From the IMG/VR virus record IMGVR_UViG_2551306637_000004, positions 14,592 through 78,591 of that record: 64,000 nt of DNA; one strand, written 5' to 3'. Every line of letters begins with the position of its first letter. Positions within the stretch are counted from its first letter, which is position 1. The notes below the pieces were generated by a model. That model did not search any database, had not been told where the DNA came from, and was given only the letters and a program-made list of their open reading frames with translations. Positions 37,154 to 46,158 of this stretch are shown here, in pieces. The position numbers and the translations under genes were made by a program. Source of the stretch: a virus. Lineage: Duplodnaviria > Caudoviricetes.

Positions 37154-37464
37154 CGCCAATGAAATTCCACCAGACCTATGAGGTCATCACGGACGAGAGT
37201 GCTGAACAGGGTGATGCCGAGGAGACGGGCTTCGACTGGCAGGACGTTTCATACACGTTCAAGGAGCTGGTTCGCCTGCTCAGTTTCGAATACGCCGGTG
37301 CTGAACCGAGCGACTACCCGTCATCGAACCCTGGCTGGATCACTTCTCATGGGGAGCGCGATCATTGTGACGGCTCCTTCCGCAACATCTCCCTGCACCC
37401 TGCCAATGACCGGGCACGCCGCTGGTGGCCGAAGGCGTTAAAGGCGACAGGGATCACAAAGTAG
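37150..37464 (+). CDS. Hypothetical protein
   Basis: ORF track. Confidence 0.7.
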   Translation: MTPMKFHQTYEVITDESAEQGDAEETGFDWQDVSYTFKELVRLLSFEYAGAEPSDYPSSNPGWITSHGERDHCDGSFRNISLHPANDRARRWWPKALKATGITK

Positions 37465-37471
37465 GTACACC

Positions 37472-38182
37472 ATGCGCCTGTACAACGGGGATACATTCGA
37501 GTTTGAAGGATATAGCTTCAAGGTTCAGTTTGAACGAGACGACGACACCAGCGAGCCGTGGAATAACCATGATGGCCACGGTGTCGTTTCGGACTGGACG
37601 CGTCGTGACAAGCGACCCGGCGAAGTCCTGCTGGTGTCTGACCGAGCCTCCCGACGCTATTACGACATCGCGGCGTCTAACCAGATCGCCAAGAATGACG
37701 GATGGGGTTTGAGCGAGGAAGATCAGGCGGCATTGATCAACCGACTATCCAGAAAGCGCGTGCGACGCGTAAAGCGTGCCCAATATCAGGTCGCCAACGG
37801 TTTGCGCGTGCCTCGTATCGATTGGGAAACCGTGGAAACACCCGGAAGAGATCCGAGCAAACGTTTAACGAGTGGAGAAATTCGCGCAGAAGCCGTTCGC
37901 CGCGATTTCGAATTCCTTCGCCAATGGTGTAATGACCAATGGGAATACACGTGGGTCAAGGTGACGCTCCTTCGTACAAACGATGAAGGCGAACTCGTTG
38001 AAGACGAGCGCTTCAGCGACAGCGTGGGGGGCGTCGAGTCGTACAAGGACTACCATGTAGACGTCGCGTTCGAATGCGCAAAGAGCCTGATTATTCAGGT
38101 GAAAACCGCACAAGAGGCCAATAAAAGGGAGGAGCTTGAACGTCGGCATTGGGCCGAACGGGATGTGCCGACTATCGTATAG
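37472..38182 (+). CDS. Hypothetical protein
   Basis: 236 aa; AGGT RBS. Confidence 0.75.
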   Translation: MRLYNGDTFEFEGYSFKVQFERDDDTSEPWNNHDGHGVVSDWTRRDKRPGEVLLVSDRASRRYYDIAASNQIAKNDGWGLSEEDQAALINRLSRKRVRRVKRAQYQVANGLRVPRIDWETVETPGRDPSKRLTSGEIRAEAVRRDFEFLRQWCNDQWEYTWVKVTLLRTNDEGELVEDERFSDSVGGVESYKDYHVDVAFECAKSLIIQVKTAQEANKREELERRHWAERDVPTIV

Positions 38183-38344
38183 TCAAGATGGAAGGAGGAG
38201 CGTTTCTTCAATAGAATGGCATCTCGATCAACCGATGCGGTAGGCAATGCCGGGATCAACGGTTATAGCAAACTGCACGGTTAATATTTCAACAAAATAA
38301 CGATCATCTAATGTATGATCTAGCGATCCAAAGGTGATAGCAAG

Positions 38345-38578
38345 ATGGCATTGCAGACGGCAGCACAGAAACGAAAGTTCGTGAAAGACCTCATCAAGAA
38401 TGTGCAGGATGACGTGATGAAGCGCATCGAGCACATGCCTGCCGATTGGGATGGCGTCGAGCTGCGCCAGTACATCGGCAAGAAGTTCGAGAATGAGAAG
38501 GATGCCTTCGCATTGCGGGGCAACACGGCGCGGGGCCGCGCCTTCAACAACGAGATCTCGGACAACCGTCACCTGTAA
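38345..38578 (+). CDS. Hypothetical protein
   Basis: AAGGTG RBS. Confidence 0.7.
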   Translation: MALQTAAQKRKFVKDLIKNVQDDVMKRIEHMPADWDGVELRQYIGKKFENEKDAFALRGNTARGRAFNNEISDNRHL

Positions 38579-38636
38579 AGCAAGAATACCGATGCACCGA
38601 TAAGCTGGCCCTTGTCGTTGTGTCGCGGATTGAGAC

Positions 38637-39017
38637 ATGACCACCACCACCACAACCTGGACGGACGACGACGAGCGTCTGCTGCGCGAACTGGCATCGC
38701 GCAAGGAAGAAGTAGAGGCCCATCAGCGGGCGTCTGTCGAAGCCGTCGTGAGCACGTTTGCTTATCGCGACATCAGCGAGACCGACATCACGGACGGGCT
38801 GATCGAGCGGGCCGAGCAGATTTGCCGCGCGCTCGTGCCTTACCTCCCGCGACCCACCGAAGCTGAAGCTGCGACTGTGCGTAAAAAGGCCATCGATGCC
38901 ATCGCACTGGGTCTCAGCGAATGTGTCAGGACGTTCCCGGTTTCCACACCGGTCGTTGTCCTGAACCATCTCATCGCCGCGGGATTGCTACCCGTGTCGA
39001 TGAGAGGCCGTACCTGA
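38637..39017 (+). CDS. Hypothetical protein with poly-Thr N-terminus
   Basis: ORF track. Confidence 0.65.
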   Translation: MTTTTTTWTDDDERLLRELASRKEEVEAHQRASVEAVVSTFAYRDISETDITDGLIERAEQICRALVPYLPRPTEAEAATVRKKAIDAIALGLSECVRTFPVSTPVVVLNHLIAAGLLPVSMRGRT

Positions 39018-39078
39018 TTGGCCGACCTGGCAGGCTGATCACCTCTCTCAACCAAAACAAACCCTGAAGGAATTGAAG

Positions 39079-39486
39079 ATGGAACCCACCACCACGACCA
39101 AGAACTCCGCTGCTCCGAAGAAGAACAAGGGCGGCAACGACGGCAAGTCCCCGCGCGCGCTGCGCGGCGCTCCGAAGGCTGCATCGAACTGGTCGGCCGC
39201 GGACGAAGCTCGCTTCCAGGAGCAGCAGAAGGCCCGTGAAGCGTTCGTCGCCGAGCGCACCACGTCGCTGAAGAAGATCGCTGACCTCATGATGCACGGC
39301 GTGAAGCCGGTTCACATCGAGGCGGTGAAGGGCACGGACGGCACCGTGATCACCGAAGGTTACGCTCTGCCGGTCGCGGCGACCGAAGAGCAGCTGCTGG
39401 CGAACCTCGCGGAGCACGGCGACGCGATCCTGACGTACCTCTCGAAGCACTACAAGCTCCAACCGACGCTGCTGAAGACGCAGTAA
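39079..39486 (+). CDS. Hypothetical protein with basic N-terminal tail
   Basis: GAAGGA RBS; terminator follows. Confidence 0.7.
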   Translation: MEPTTTTKNSAAPKKNKGGNDGKSPRALRGAPKAASNWSAADEARFQEQQKAREAFVAERTTSLKKIADLMMHGVKPVHIEAVKGTDGTVITEGYALPVAATEEQLLANLAEHGDAILTYLSKHYKLQPTLLKTQ

Positions 39487-39515
39487 TCGCTGAAGCGCAG
39501 TAGTTCATCGAACTG

Positions 39516-39549
39516 AAGCCGCATGGTTTGAGCCATGCGGCTTTTATTT
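39516..39549 (+). terminator. Rho-independent terminator
   Basis: 11-bp stem AAGCCGCATGG/CCATGCGGCTT plus T-rich tail. Confidence 0.8.
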
Positions 39550-39569
39550 CGACATTTTCGAGAGAAAAC

Positions 39570-40472
39570 ATGGCCACTCAAAAGTATGAGGAGAAGCGGT
39601 TCAAACCGTCTACCCTCGAACTGATCGGAATCATCAACGACATCGTTCGCGAATATCAGAACCAAGGGTACGTCTTGACCACGCGTCAGCTGTATTACCA
39701 GCTCGTCGCTCGCGACATCATTCCCAACAATTTGCAGGAGTACAAGCGCGCGGCGTCGATCATCAACGACGGAAAGCTTGCGGGCCTGATCGACTGGGAC
39801 ATGCTCGAAGATCGAACGCGTGCGTTCATCCGCCGTTCGCGCTGGACGTCCCCGACATCGATCATCGACGCGTGCGCGGACCAGTACCATCAGGACCTCT
39901 GGATCGGTCAATCTCGCCGTGTGTTCGTCATCGTCGAGAAAGAAGCGCTCGTCGGGGTGCTCGAACGTGTGTGCCATCGTTACGATACCCCGCTGCTCGC
40001 CGCGCGTGGCTACCCGTCGTCGACGGTGTTGCGCGAGTTCGCGCTGAGCGACATCATCCCCAGCATGCGTGAAGGCCAACGCGGTCTCATTCTGCATCTT
40101 GGCGATCACGACCCGAGCGGGATCGATATGACGCGCGATCTGGTCGAGCGGCTCCGGATGTTCGGAGGGCACTCATTCGAGCTGAAGCGCATCGCGCTCA
40201 ACATGGCTCAAGTCGAGGAACTGAACCCGCCCGAGAATCCGGCGAAGTCCACGGACGCCCGGTTCAAGACGTATCTTGACCAGTACGGAGAATCCAGTTG
40301 GGAGCTTGATGCTTTGCCGCCGCAGTATCTCGACCAGCTCGTGTCGTCGCATATCGACGCTGTTATCGATCAGGGTGCGTGGAGCGTGAACAAACAGATC
40401 ATCAGCGAGGCGAAGCAGATGATCGGCAAGGCGTCGACGTACATCGCTGACGGTTGCCCCGACTATGAGTGA
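39570..40472 (+). CDS. TOPRIM-domain protein related to Topo VI-A/Spo11 and Wadjet JetD
   Basis: RQLYY helix, VIVEK, ARGY, LGDHDPSG (DxD), ELDAL motifs. Confidence 0.75.
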   Translation: MATQKYEEKRFKPSTLELIGIINDIVREYQNQGYVLTTRQLYYQLVARDIIPNNLQEYKRAASIINDGKLAGLIDWDMLEDRTRAFIRRSRWTSPTSIIDACADQYHQDLWIGQSRRVFVIVEKEALVGVLERVCHRYDTPLLAARGYPSSTVLREFALSDIIPSMREGQRGLILHLGDHDPSGIDMTRDLVERLRMFGGHSFELKRIALNMAQVEELNPPENPAKSTDARFKTYLDQYGESSWELDALPPQYLDQLVSSHIDAVIDQGAWSVNKQIISEAKQMIGKASTYIADGCPDYE

Positions 40473-41067
40473 GGCCGTCGACAGTAAGGCCGATCTGGCG
40501 GCACTGGTCGCACGTATCAAGGACCGCATCGACAACTTCGGCCAACTCGATATCTGCTGGCCGTGGAAGGGAGCCAAAACGAAAGCTGGTCCGCGCTTGA
40601 AGATGGTACGAACAAGCGATATGGTTCCTTTCTACCAGCCCACGGTCGTGACGTCGTATGGGCTTGTGAAGGTCGGCAGGGGAAAGCGAAAGGTAGTGCA
40701 TAAGATCGTCTACGAGTGGGCGACCCCCGACGTTGCAAAATCCGACCGCTACAGGCTCGTGAACGAATGCGGTAACACGCTGTGTTGCAACTACACACAC
40801 TGGCGTTTCATCGACAACGGCCCACCGGCGCAAGTGTCCGGGGAAGGGGGCAATCCCGTGGACGCGATGGCCGTGCTGAAGGAAGCATGCGTCGAGTTGC
40901 TGGAGAACATGCTCGCGGTGACGCAGCCGCGTTCCTTTGTGGACGTTGTGAATCACCCGTACATGGTCGATTTCCAACCCGAGCTGATAAAGGAGGTACT
41001 ACGTGACATCGGAAAAGGGCACCTTGTTGAATCCGCCGCAGGTGATACAGGTCCACCACCTGGATAA
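40465..41067 (+). CDS. Degenerate HNH/Zn-loop endonuclease-like protein
   Basis: CWPWKGA...YG...VHKIVYE...LVNECGNTLCCNYTHW. Confidence 0.65.
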   Translation: MSEAVDSKADLAALVARIKDRIDNFGQLDICWPWKGAKTKAGPRLKMVRTSDMVPFYQPTVVTSYGLVKVGRGKRKVVHKIVYEWATPDVAKSDRYRLVNECGNTLCCNYTHWRFIDNGPPAQVSGEGGNPVDAMAVLKEACVELLENMLAVTQPRSFVDVVNHPYMVDFQPELIKEVLRDIGKGHLVESAAGDTGPPPG

Positions 41068-41071
41068 CCAC

Positions 41072-41218
41072 ATGGAGCCGAAGTATTTCACCCACGACCA
41101 TGTGCTCGCCGCGTGGGTGAGGACCATGCGGACGTTGGAAAAGCTCCAGGTCATCAAGACCTTCTTTGTCCTCCCGGTTGGCTACATCCCGGAAGGCGCG
41201 AAGGTCGAGATGCGGTAG
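41072..41218 (+). CDS. Small hypothetical protein
   Basis: Start MEPKYF. Confidence 0.5.
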   Translation: MEPKYFTHDHVLAAWVRTMRTLEKLQVIKTFFVLPVGYIPEGAKVEMR

Positions 41219-41518
41219 ATGGAAGTCCTCGTCTACCGCGCCGAGAGCGGCAAGATGCGAGACGTCGTTGACGTCGCGCTGGTTGTGCTCCTGAAGGTCG
41301 ACATTAATGCATTCGTCGACCTGAAGGAGAAGTACCTGCCTCACGGGTTGAAGCAAGCGATACGCATGCACGACCACCCGTTTTGGCAAGATGAAGGATT
41401 GAGGATGTGGGAGGAGATAAAAGCCCTTGTCAATGCCCGTCTCGATCCCGGATACTGGTTCGGGCAATCGATGGAGACGCCCGCTGTAGTTGGAATCTTC
41501 CGTACGGAATCAGAATGA
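41219..41518 (+). CDS. Hypothetical protein
   Basis: ORF track. Confidence 0.6.
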   Translation: MEVLVYRAESGKMRDVVDVALVVLLKVDINAFVDLKEKYLPHGLKQAIRMHDHPFWQDEGLRMWEEIKALVNARLDPGYWFGQSMETPAVVGIFRTESE

Positions 41519-41784
41519 ATATCACCACCACCACTGAGGCAAGACCTCACCCCCTGGCCGATGTACCCAAAGCTGTCGACGCACTGGTCAAGACCGGCGA
41601 AGCACTCCGCAAGTTCTCAAACGTGAAGGTCGCCGACGACCAAGGCACCGAGTCCCCGATTTCACGTGATACGTGGTACTCGGCCGTCGCGAACACGATC
41701 AACTCTGGCCAGCTGGACAAGAAGCAGGTCGCGCGCCTGAAGCGCCTGCGCGATGAACTCCGACGCACGAAGGTGAAGGCATGA
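41515..41784 (+). CDS. Hypothetical protein
   Basis: ATGA coupling; MNITTTT start. Confidence 0.6.
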   Translation: MNITTTTEARPHPLADVPKAVDALVKTGEALRKFSNVKVADDQGTESPISRDTWYSAVANTINSGQLDKKQVARLKRLRDELRRTKVKA

Positions 41785-41990
41785 GTCAATCACCACTGGC
41801 TCGCAACCTTGCGATCGTCGCCGCCGCACACGAAGCCGCGGAGAATGACCGGATGCGCCGGGAATTCGAGCAGCACGAATGGCTCGAAGGCCTGTCGCTG
41901 GAACGTGACCCGAAGGACGACGGGTACACCAACTCGGAAGTTCACCGTTACTGGACCTTCTGGCGTGACGGTTGGAGGGCAGCGGCGTGA
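41781..41990 (+). CDS. Hypothetical protein
   Basis: DGYTNSEVHRYWTFWRDGWRAA, a small-phage-protein-like motif. Confidence 0.65.
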   Translation: MSQSPLARNLAIVAAAHEAAENDRMRREFEQHEWLEGLSLERDPKDDGYTNSEVHRYWTFWRDGWRAAA

Positions 41991-42250
41991 TGATTCCCGT
42001 CAAGACCGCGCGTACGACCCACGACCTCGGCCGGCCAGTCGGCTGGAATGACGACCGCGACGGTAAGTGCAAGTCTCTACCCGTCGTGCGCGACAACGAG
42101 CAGAACGTCTGGATGTCGTACTGGCAACCGAGCCAGGAGGACATCGAGAAGCTGCGTAACGGTGCAACGATCAAGCTGACGGTTTTTGGCATCGGACAAC
42201 CACCTGTTGCGATCGAAGTGCCGGAAGAGATCGTGTTGTACGCAGGATAA
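41990..42250 (+). CDS. Hypothetical protein
   Basis: LGRPVGWND...CKSLPV...SYWQPS...QPPV. Confidence 0.65.
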   Translation: MIPVKTARTTHDLGRPVGWNDDRDGKCKSLPVVRDNEQNVWMSYWQPSQEDIEKLRNGATIKLTVFGIGQPPVAIEVPEEIVLYAG

Positions 42251-42364
42251 GCAGTAAAGCCTCACGGTAAGCGACCCACCACCACGCTTCCCGTAAAGGC
42301 TCACCGTAGTAGCGGGTGTCACCACCACCTGAACAGCAACCTTCAATCTATAAGAGATCGAAAC

Positions 42365-42592
42365 ATGAAATCTGGCTACACGTCTGTGACCTCGTCGCAG
42401 ATCTCCGCATTCGCATATAACGAACAAGATCAGCGGCTCAACATCGTCTTCGTCAAGAACGGCGACGAGTACCAGTACAGCAACGTGCCGAAGGAAGTCG
42501 TCGACCAGCTGGTCGTGGCCGAATCGTTTGGCGCGGCCTTCAGCAGCCTCATCAAGAAGCACCCGACTCGTTTCCCCTACATGAAAGTCTGA
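42365..42592 (+). CDS. KTSC-domain protein
   Basis: VTSSQISAFAYN...LNIVF...YQYSNVP...AESFGAAF..LIK. Confidence 0.85.
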   Translation: MKSGYTSVTSSQISAFAYNEQDQRLNIVFVKNGDEYQYSNVPKEVVDQLVVAESFGAAFSSLIKKHPTRFPYMKV

Positions 42593-42600
42593 GCCTTGCG

Positions 42601-43005
42601 ATGACGAAGGAGGAACGCGATCAACAGATCGCGGATCTCTACGTCGACGGCAAGTCAGCCTCGGCTCTCGCTCGTGATTTCGCTCTGTCGATTCCGTCGA
42701 TCAGGGCGATCATCGCAGCCAAGGGGGTCAAGGCGTCTCAGCGGAAGAAGGTAGAGAACGCTGAACAACAGGGACAACCTGTGAGGCGTACGCTTGGCCG
42801 CACTCATGAGCGGCTTGGCGAAACGCTTGCGTTCAGCAGAGCGATCGAACTCAAACACACCCGAAAGGAAGCTTCCGAACGGCTCGGTTGGACCGTTCAT
42901 AAGGTCGCGGCCGTCGAGACTGGACGTTACGAAGTGACGCTCACGGATCTCATGGACCTTTCGGGGTACACGAAGAAGCACGTCGGCGAATTGATACGGC
43001 TATGA
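42601..43005 (+). CDS. Double helix-turn-helix regulator (N-terminal HTH plus XRE-like HTH)
   Basis: RDQQIADLYVDGKSASALARDF and RKEASERLGWTVHKVAAVETGRYEVTLTDL. Confidence 0.75.
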   Translation: MTKEERDQQIADLYVDGKSASALARDFALSIPSIRAIIAAKGVKASQRKKVENAEQQGQPVRRTLGRTHERLGETLAFSRAIELKHTRKEASERLGWTVHKVAAVETGRYEVTLTDLMDLSGYTKKHVGELIRL

Positions 43006-43730
43006 AGGACCAATACAACGAGGAAGCAGACCACAAGATCGAAGTACGGACGTACGGAATCCACTGGAACGCTGAAGGCGTTGCGTACCTGCATCAAGGT
43101 CGCAACGCATCGAACTTCCTGTCGCTCAAGGCACCATCCCCGTATGCGGTGGTGCCGGCGCGCAGGCTTGCATGCAACCACCTTTTCCCAGTGAGCGCGG
43201 CGGTCCCGGACCCGACACACTGGAAGCAATTCCAGGCTCTGGCTCGGGACCCGCTGGTCAGAGTCATGCTGCCAATCCCGAAGGGGGACGGTGAGGCTGG
43301 GGTGTTCGTGATGGAGGACACGAACGACGAGATGACGCTCACGCTGCTCACGCTCTCGCGCATGAGTAGCCCCATCCAGCCGATTGTGCGGCCGATTTGG
43401 CACTTCTCGCCGAACGATATCAGTGCAGAGCTGGAGCGAACCAACGTCCAGCCGCTGGTGTTGACGCAGGCCAACCCGAAGTACCAGAAGGTCGTCGACG
43501 CGATCATCGATCAGTCGGTGTACATGCCGCGTCGCGTGATTATCACCGGCACGTATGACGTCGTCGCGCGCAAGCCGGCCCAGCGGCTCAAGACGGGCCT
43601 GCTGGCTGGCGAGGAGGGGCTGATTGTGTCTCTTCCCCTCGAAAGCCTTGGCGTGGCTGTATTGCGGCGCTATGCGCGTCGCGAGGACATGCTTTCCGAT
43701 CTGCCGACCGCCCGAGGGAGGGGAGCATGA
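43002..43730 (+). CDS. Hypothetical protein
   Basis: Coupled ORF, 242 aa. Confidence 0.7.
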   Translation: MKDQYNEEADHKIEVRTYGIHWNAEGVAYLHQGRNASNFLSLKAPSPYAVVPARRLACNHLFPVSAAVPDPTHWKQFQALARDPLVRVMLPIPKGDGEAGVFVMEDTNDEMTLTLLTLSRMSSPIQPIVRPIWHFSPNDISAELERTNVQPLVLTQANPKYQKVVDAIIDQSVYMPRRVIITGTYDVVARKPAQRLKTGLLAGEEGLIVSLPLESLGVAVLRRYARREDMLSDLPTARGRGA

Positions 43731-44077
43731 GCACCGCAGTCGAACTCCGCACGCATATCGAGCGCCGGACACATATCGACGTCACGTTCCGCTGGCGCGA
43801 CCGGCACGGCGATAGGCACGATCCGGCAAAGATGGAGACCCGTCACGTGTTCAACACGCTGAAGATGATCTGGAACAACACGGTGCCGTCGTATTACCGG
43901 GTTGGGCACAACGTTCGTCTCTACAGCTTCGGCCCGTCGTATACGCGGGAGTACATGATCAAGGCCGTTTATCACCTCGGCCACGAACTGTCCAAGCGCG
44001 TGTTGACGAGCGAGCAGTTGCGCCTTCTGCATCAGATGCACAGCTACTTCACGAACGTGTCGGGGTTGCTGACCTGA
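43727..44077 (+). CDS. Hypothetical protein
   Basis: GGAG RBS. Confidence 0.7.
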   Translation: MSTAVELRTHIERRTHIDVTFRWRDRHGDRHDPAKMETRHVFNTLKMIWNNTVPSYYRVGHNVRLYSFGPSYTREYMIKAVYHLGHELSKRVLTSEQLRLLHQMHSYFTNVSGLLT

Positions 44078-44108
44078 TCCGTTACGTGCCCGTCTGCTGA
44101 AGAACGAT

Positions 44109-44291
44109 ATGGCCGCGCTTCCCGATGTTGATGAGCTTGTTGCGCCGGCCGCAGTGTGGGCAGAACACGAAGATGCCGAACGAGTCGATTCCGACTTTTT
44201 CGGCATCGAACGGGAATTCAAGGTGGCACTTGATGCAGAGCCAATTCATGACGACCTCCTATTCGGAGCGAAGAATCGAAATGAACGATAG
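44109..44291 (+). CDS. Small acidic hypothetical protein
   Basis: ORF track. Confidence 0.45.
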   Translation: MAALPDVDELVAPAAVWAEHEDAERVDSDFFGIEREFKVALDAEPIHDDLLFGAKNRNER

Positions 44292-44580
44292 GACAACCCC
44301 CGAGGAAAGCAAGGTCGGGGAAACGAATCTCGCGAATGCCGGAAAGACATGGCATCGCGACGAATACGACGGTCTGCGGAAGCGATTTGATCAAGGCATG
44401 ACTATCGCGCAGCTCGCTAAAGCACACGGTCGGACAACCGGCGCAATCCTAGCGAAGCTTCTTGCGATGCGGTTGCTTGTCGAAACTCAACGAGGCTTCT
44501 ACCACAAAGTTGATCCTGACCCGTGGTGCAACCATCACGATGTACGTCAGACGGAGGTTTTGAATGCCGGCACGAATTGA
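44281..44580 (+). CDS. Small HTH protein
   Basis: W..DEYDGLRKRFDQGMTIAQLAKAHGRTTGAILAKL. Confidence 0.65.
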   Translation: MNDRTTPEESKVGETNLANAGKTWHRDEYDGLRKRFDQGMTIAQLAKAHGRTTGAILAKLLAMRLLVETQRGFYHKVDPDPWCNHHDVRQTEVLNAGTN

Positions 44581-46015
44581 GAAGAAAGTGCCGCGCGAGC
44601 ACCAGATCGCGGATCTCGCTTTCTACATCATGACGCCGCGCTGCATGAACCTATCGGACCCGGCGACGCAGAAGACTGGATCGGCCTGCATGTACACGCA
44701 GTACCTGTGGGACGAACTGGGATTCAAGTCGTATTTCGTCATGCCGATGTCGCTACTGCGGAAGAACAAGGACGAGCTGCTGGAATTCACGAACTTCCAT
44801 CCTCGTGAGATCCAGATCATCGATGGCGAGGCGAAACGGCGAGAGCGTCAGATGCGCAACGAAGACGCGAAAGTGTTCATCATGGGGTTCCAGCGCTTCT
44901 CCGACGACTGGCAACGGATGAAGCAATGGCACCCCCAGTTGAACGCCGCGATCTTCGACGAGTGGCACCTTGGCTACTCGGGCCACGACTCGGGACGAAC
45001 GCAAAACATGTACATCGCGATGCGCAGCATCGAGCGCTTCATGGCCATGACGGGCACGATCATCAAGGGCACGCTCGCGAGCGCGTACCCCGCGCTACAG
45101 GTGATCGAGCCGCGCTTCTACGGCACGTACGGTGCATTCCTGGCCCAACACCGACTTCAGGACGAGTATGGCACGACGATCGGATGGCACAACCATCAGA
45201 GACTTGGCCAGATCCTTCAGCACGTGGCCGTGCGCCACACCTTCGAAGAGGTTCACGGCCCCGAAGCGAAGGTCATCGTCACCGAGCTGTGCGACATGTC
45301 GCCGAAGCAGCGCAAGGCGTACGAGGAGATGGAGGAAATTGCGCTCGTTGAGCTGGAAGACGAGTTCCTTGAAGGCCAGTCGCCCGCCGTCAATGCGATG
45401 CGTTGCCGGCAGATCATGGCGCACCCCGAGACCTTTGGGCTGGCCAAGGGTGAGACGACCGGCAAGGACGAGCGCTTGAAGATCCACTTTGCGGACGCGG
45501 TTGTGTCCGGGGAACCGATCGCGGTGTTCGCCGCGCTCGTGCCCGAGCAAGAACGCATCGTCGCCATTGCGAAGTCGATGGGCCTGCGCACTGCGTTGAT
45601 CAACGGCCACGTGTCATCGACGCAGCGGGCACGCATCGACGAGGCGTTTCGCCGCGGCGATCTCGACTGCGTGGTTGCATCGCCGGATACGGCCGGTGTC
45701 GGCTTCAACTGGCACCACCTTGAAACGATGGTCTTCACTTCACTGAACTACATGGACGACTCATTCGTGCAGGCTTATCGCCGGGGCATCCGTGGCAAGC
45801 GCGCGCGACCGCTGCGGATCTACGTGCTGGAGTATCGCGACTCCATCGACCAGCGGATCATGCAGATCATCGAGAACAAGTCGCGTGATGCAAACCTCGT
45901 CGACCCGACGAAGGAGGTCTTCAGGTTGTCGGAACAGCGCCGGCAGCAGGAAGAGGAAATGTTCGATTCAACCAAGGCTACTGATCGGAAGATCTCGATG
46001 GCCGAATTCGCGTAA
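44564..46015 (+). CDS. Superfamily 2 (SNF2-like) helicase
   Basis: DEWH, MTGT, AGVGFN and C-terminal motifs; Walker A reads PATQKT. Confidence 0.88.
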   Translation: MPARIEKKVPREHQIADLAFYIMTPRCMNLSDPATQKTGSACMYTQYLWDELGFKSYFVMPMSLLRKNKDELLEFTNFHPREIQIIDGEAKRRERQMRNEDAKVFIMGFQRFSDDWQRMKQWHPQLNAAIFDEWHLGYSGHDSGRTQNMYIAMRSIERFMAMTGTIIKGTLASAYPALQVIEPRFYGTYGAFLAQHRLQDEYGTTIGWHNHQRLGQILQHVAVRHTFEEVHGPEAKVIVTELCDMSPKQRKAYEEMEEIALVELEDEFLEGQSPAVNAMRCRQIMAHPETFGLAKGETTGKDERLKIHFADAVVSGEPIAVFAALVPEQERIVAIAKSMGLRTALINGHVSSTQRARIDEAFRRGDLDCVVASPDTAGVGFNWHHLETMVFTSLNYMDDSFVQAYRRGIRGKRARPLRIYVLEYRDSIDQRIMQIIENKSRDANLVDPTKEVFRLSEQRRQQEEEMFDSTKATDRKISMAEFA

Positions 46016-46158
46016 GGAGGGCGCGATCTATCGTATAGAGCAGCATTGTGTAGTTAGTAGCACGAAGGTACGATCTTATTCCTCGACGTGTCCACCACCA
46101 CGGCGAGAGAGCAGAAGCAGAAACAGACGCATAAACAGCTAACATTTGAAGGAAATTT

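Noticed and set aside
20900-37536. Weak palindrome look-alikes at about 20900 and 37522
   Set aside because: Two or more mismatches, inside coding sequence; likely chance
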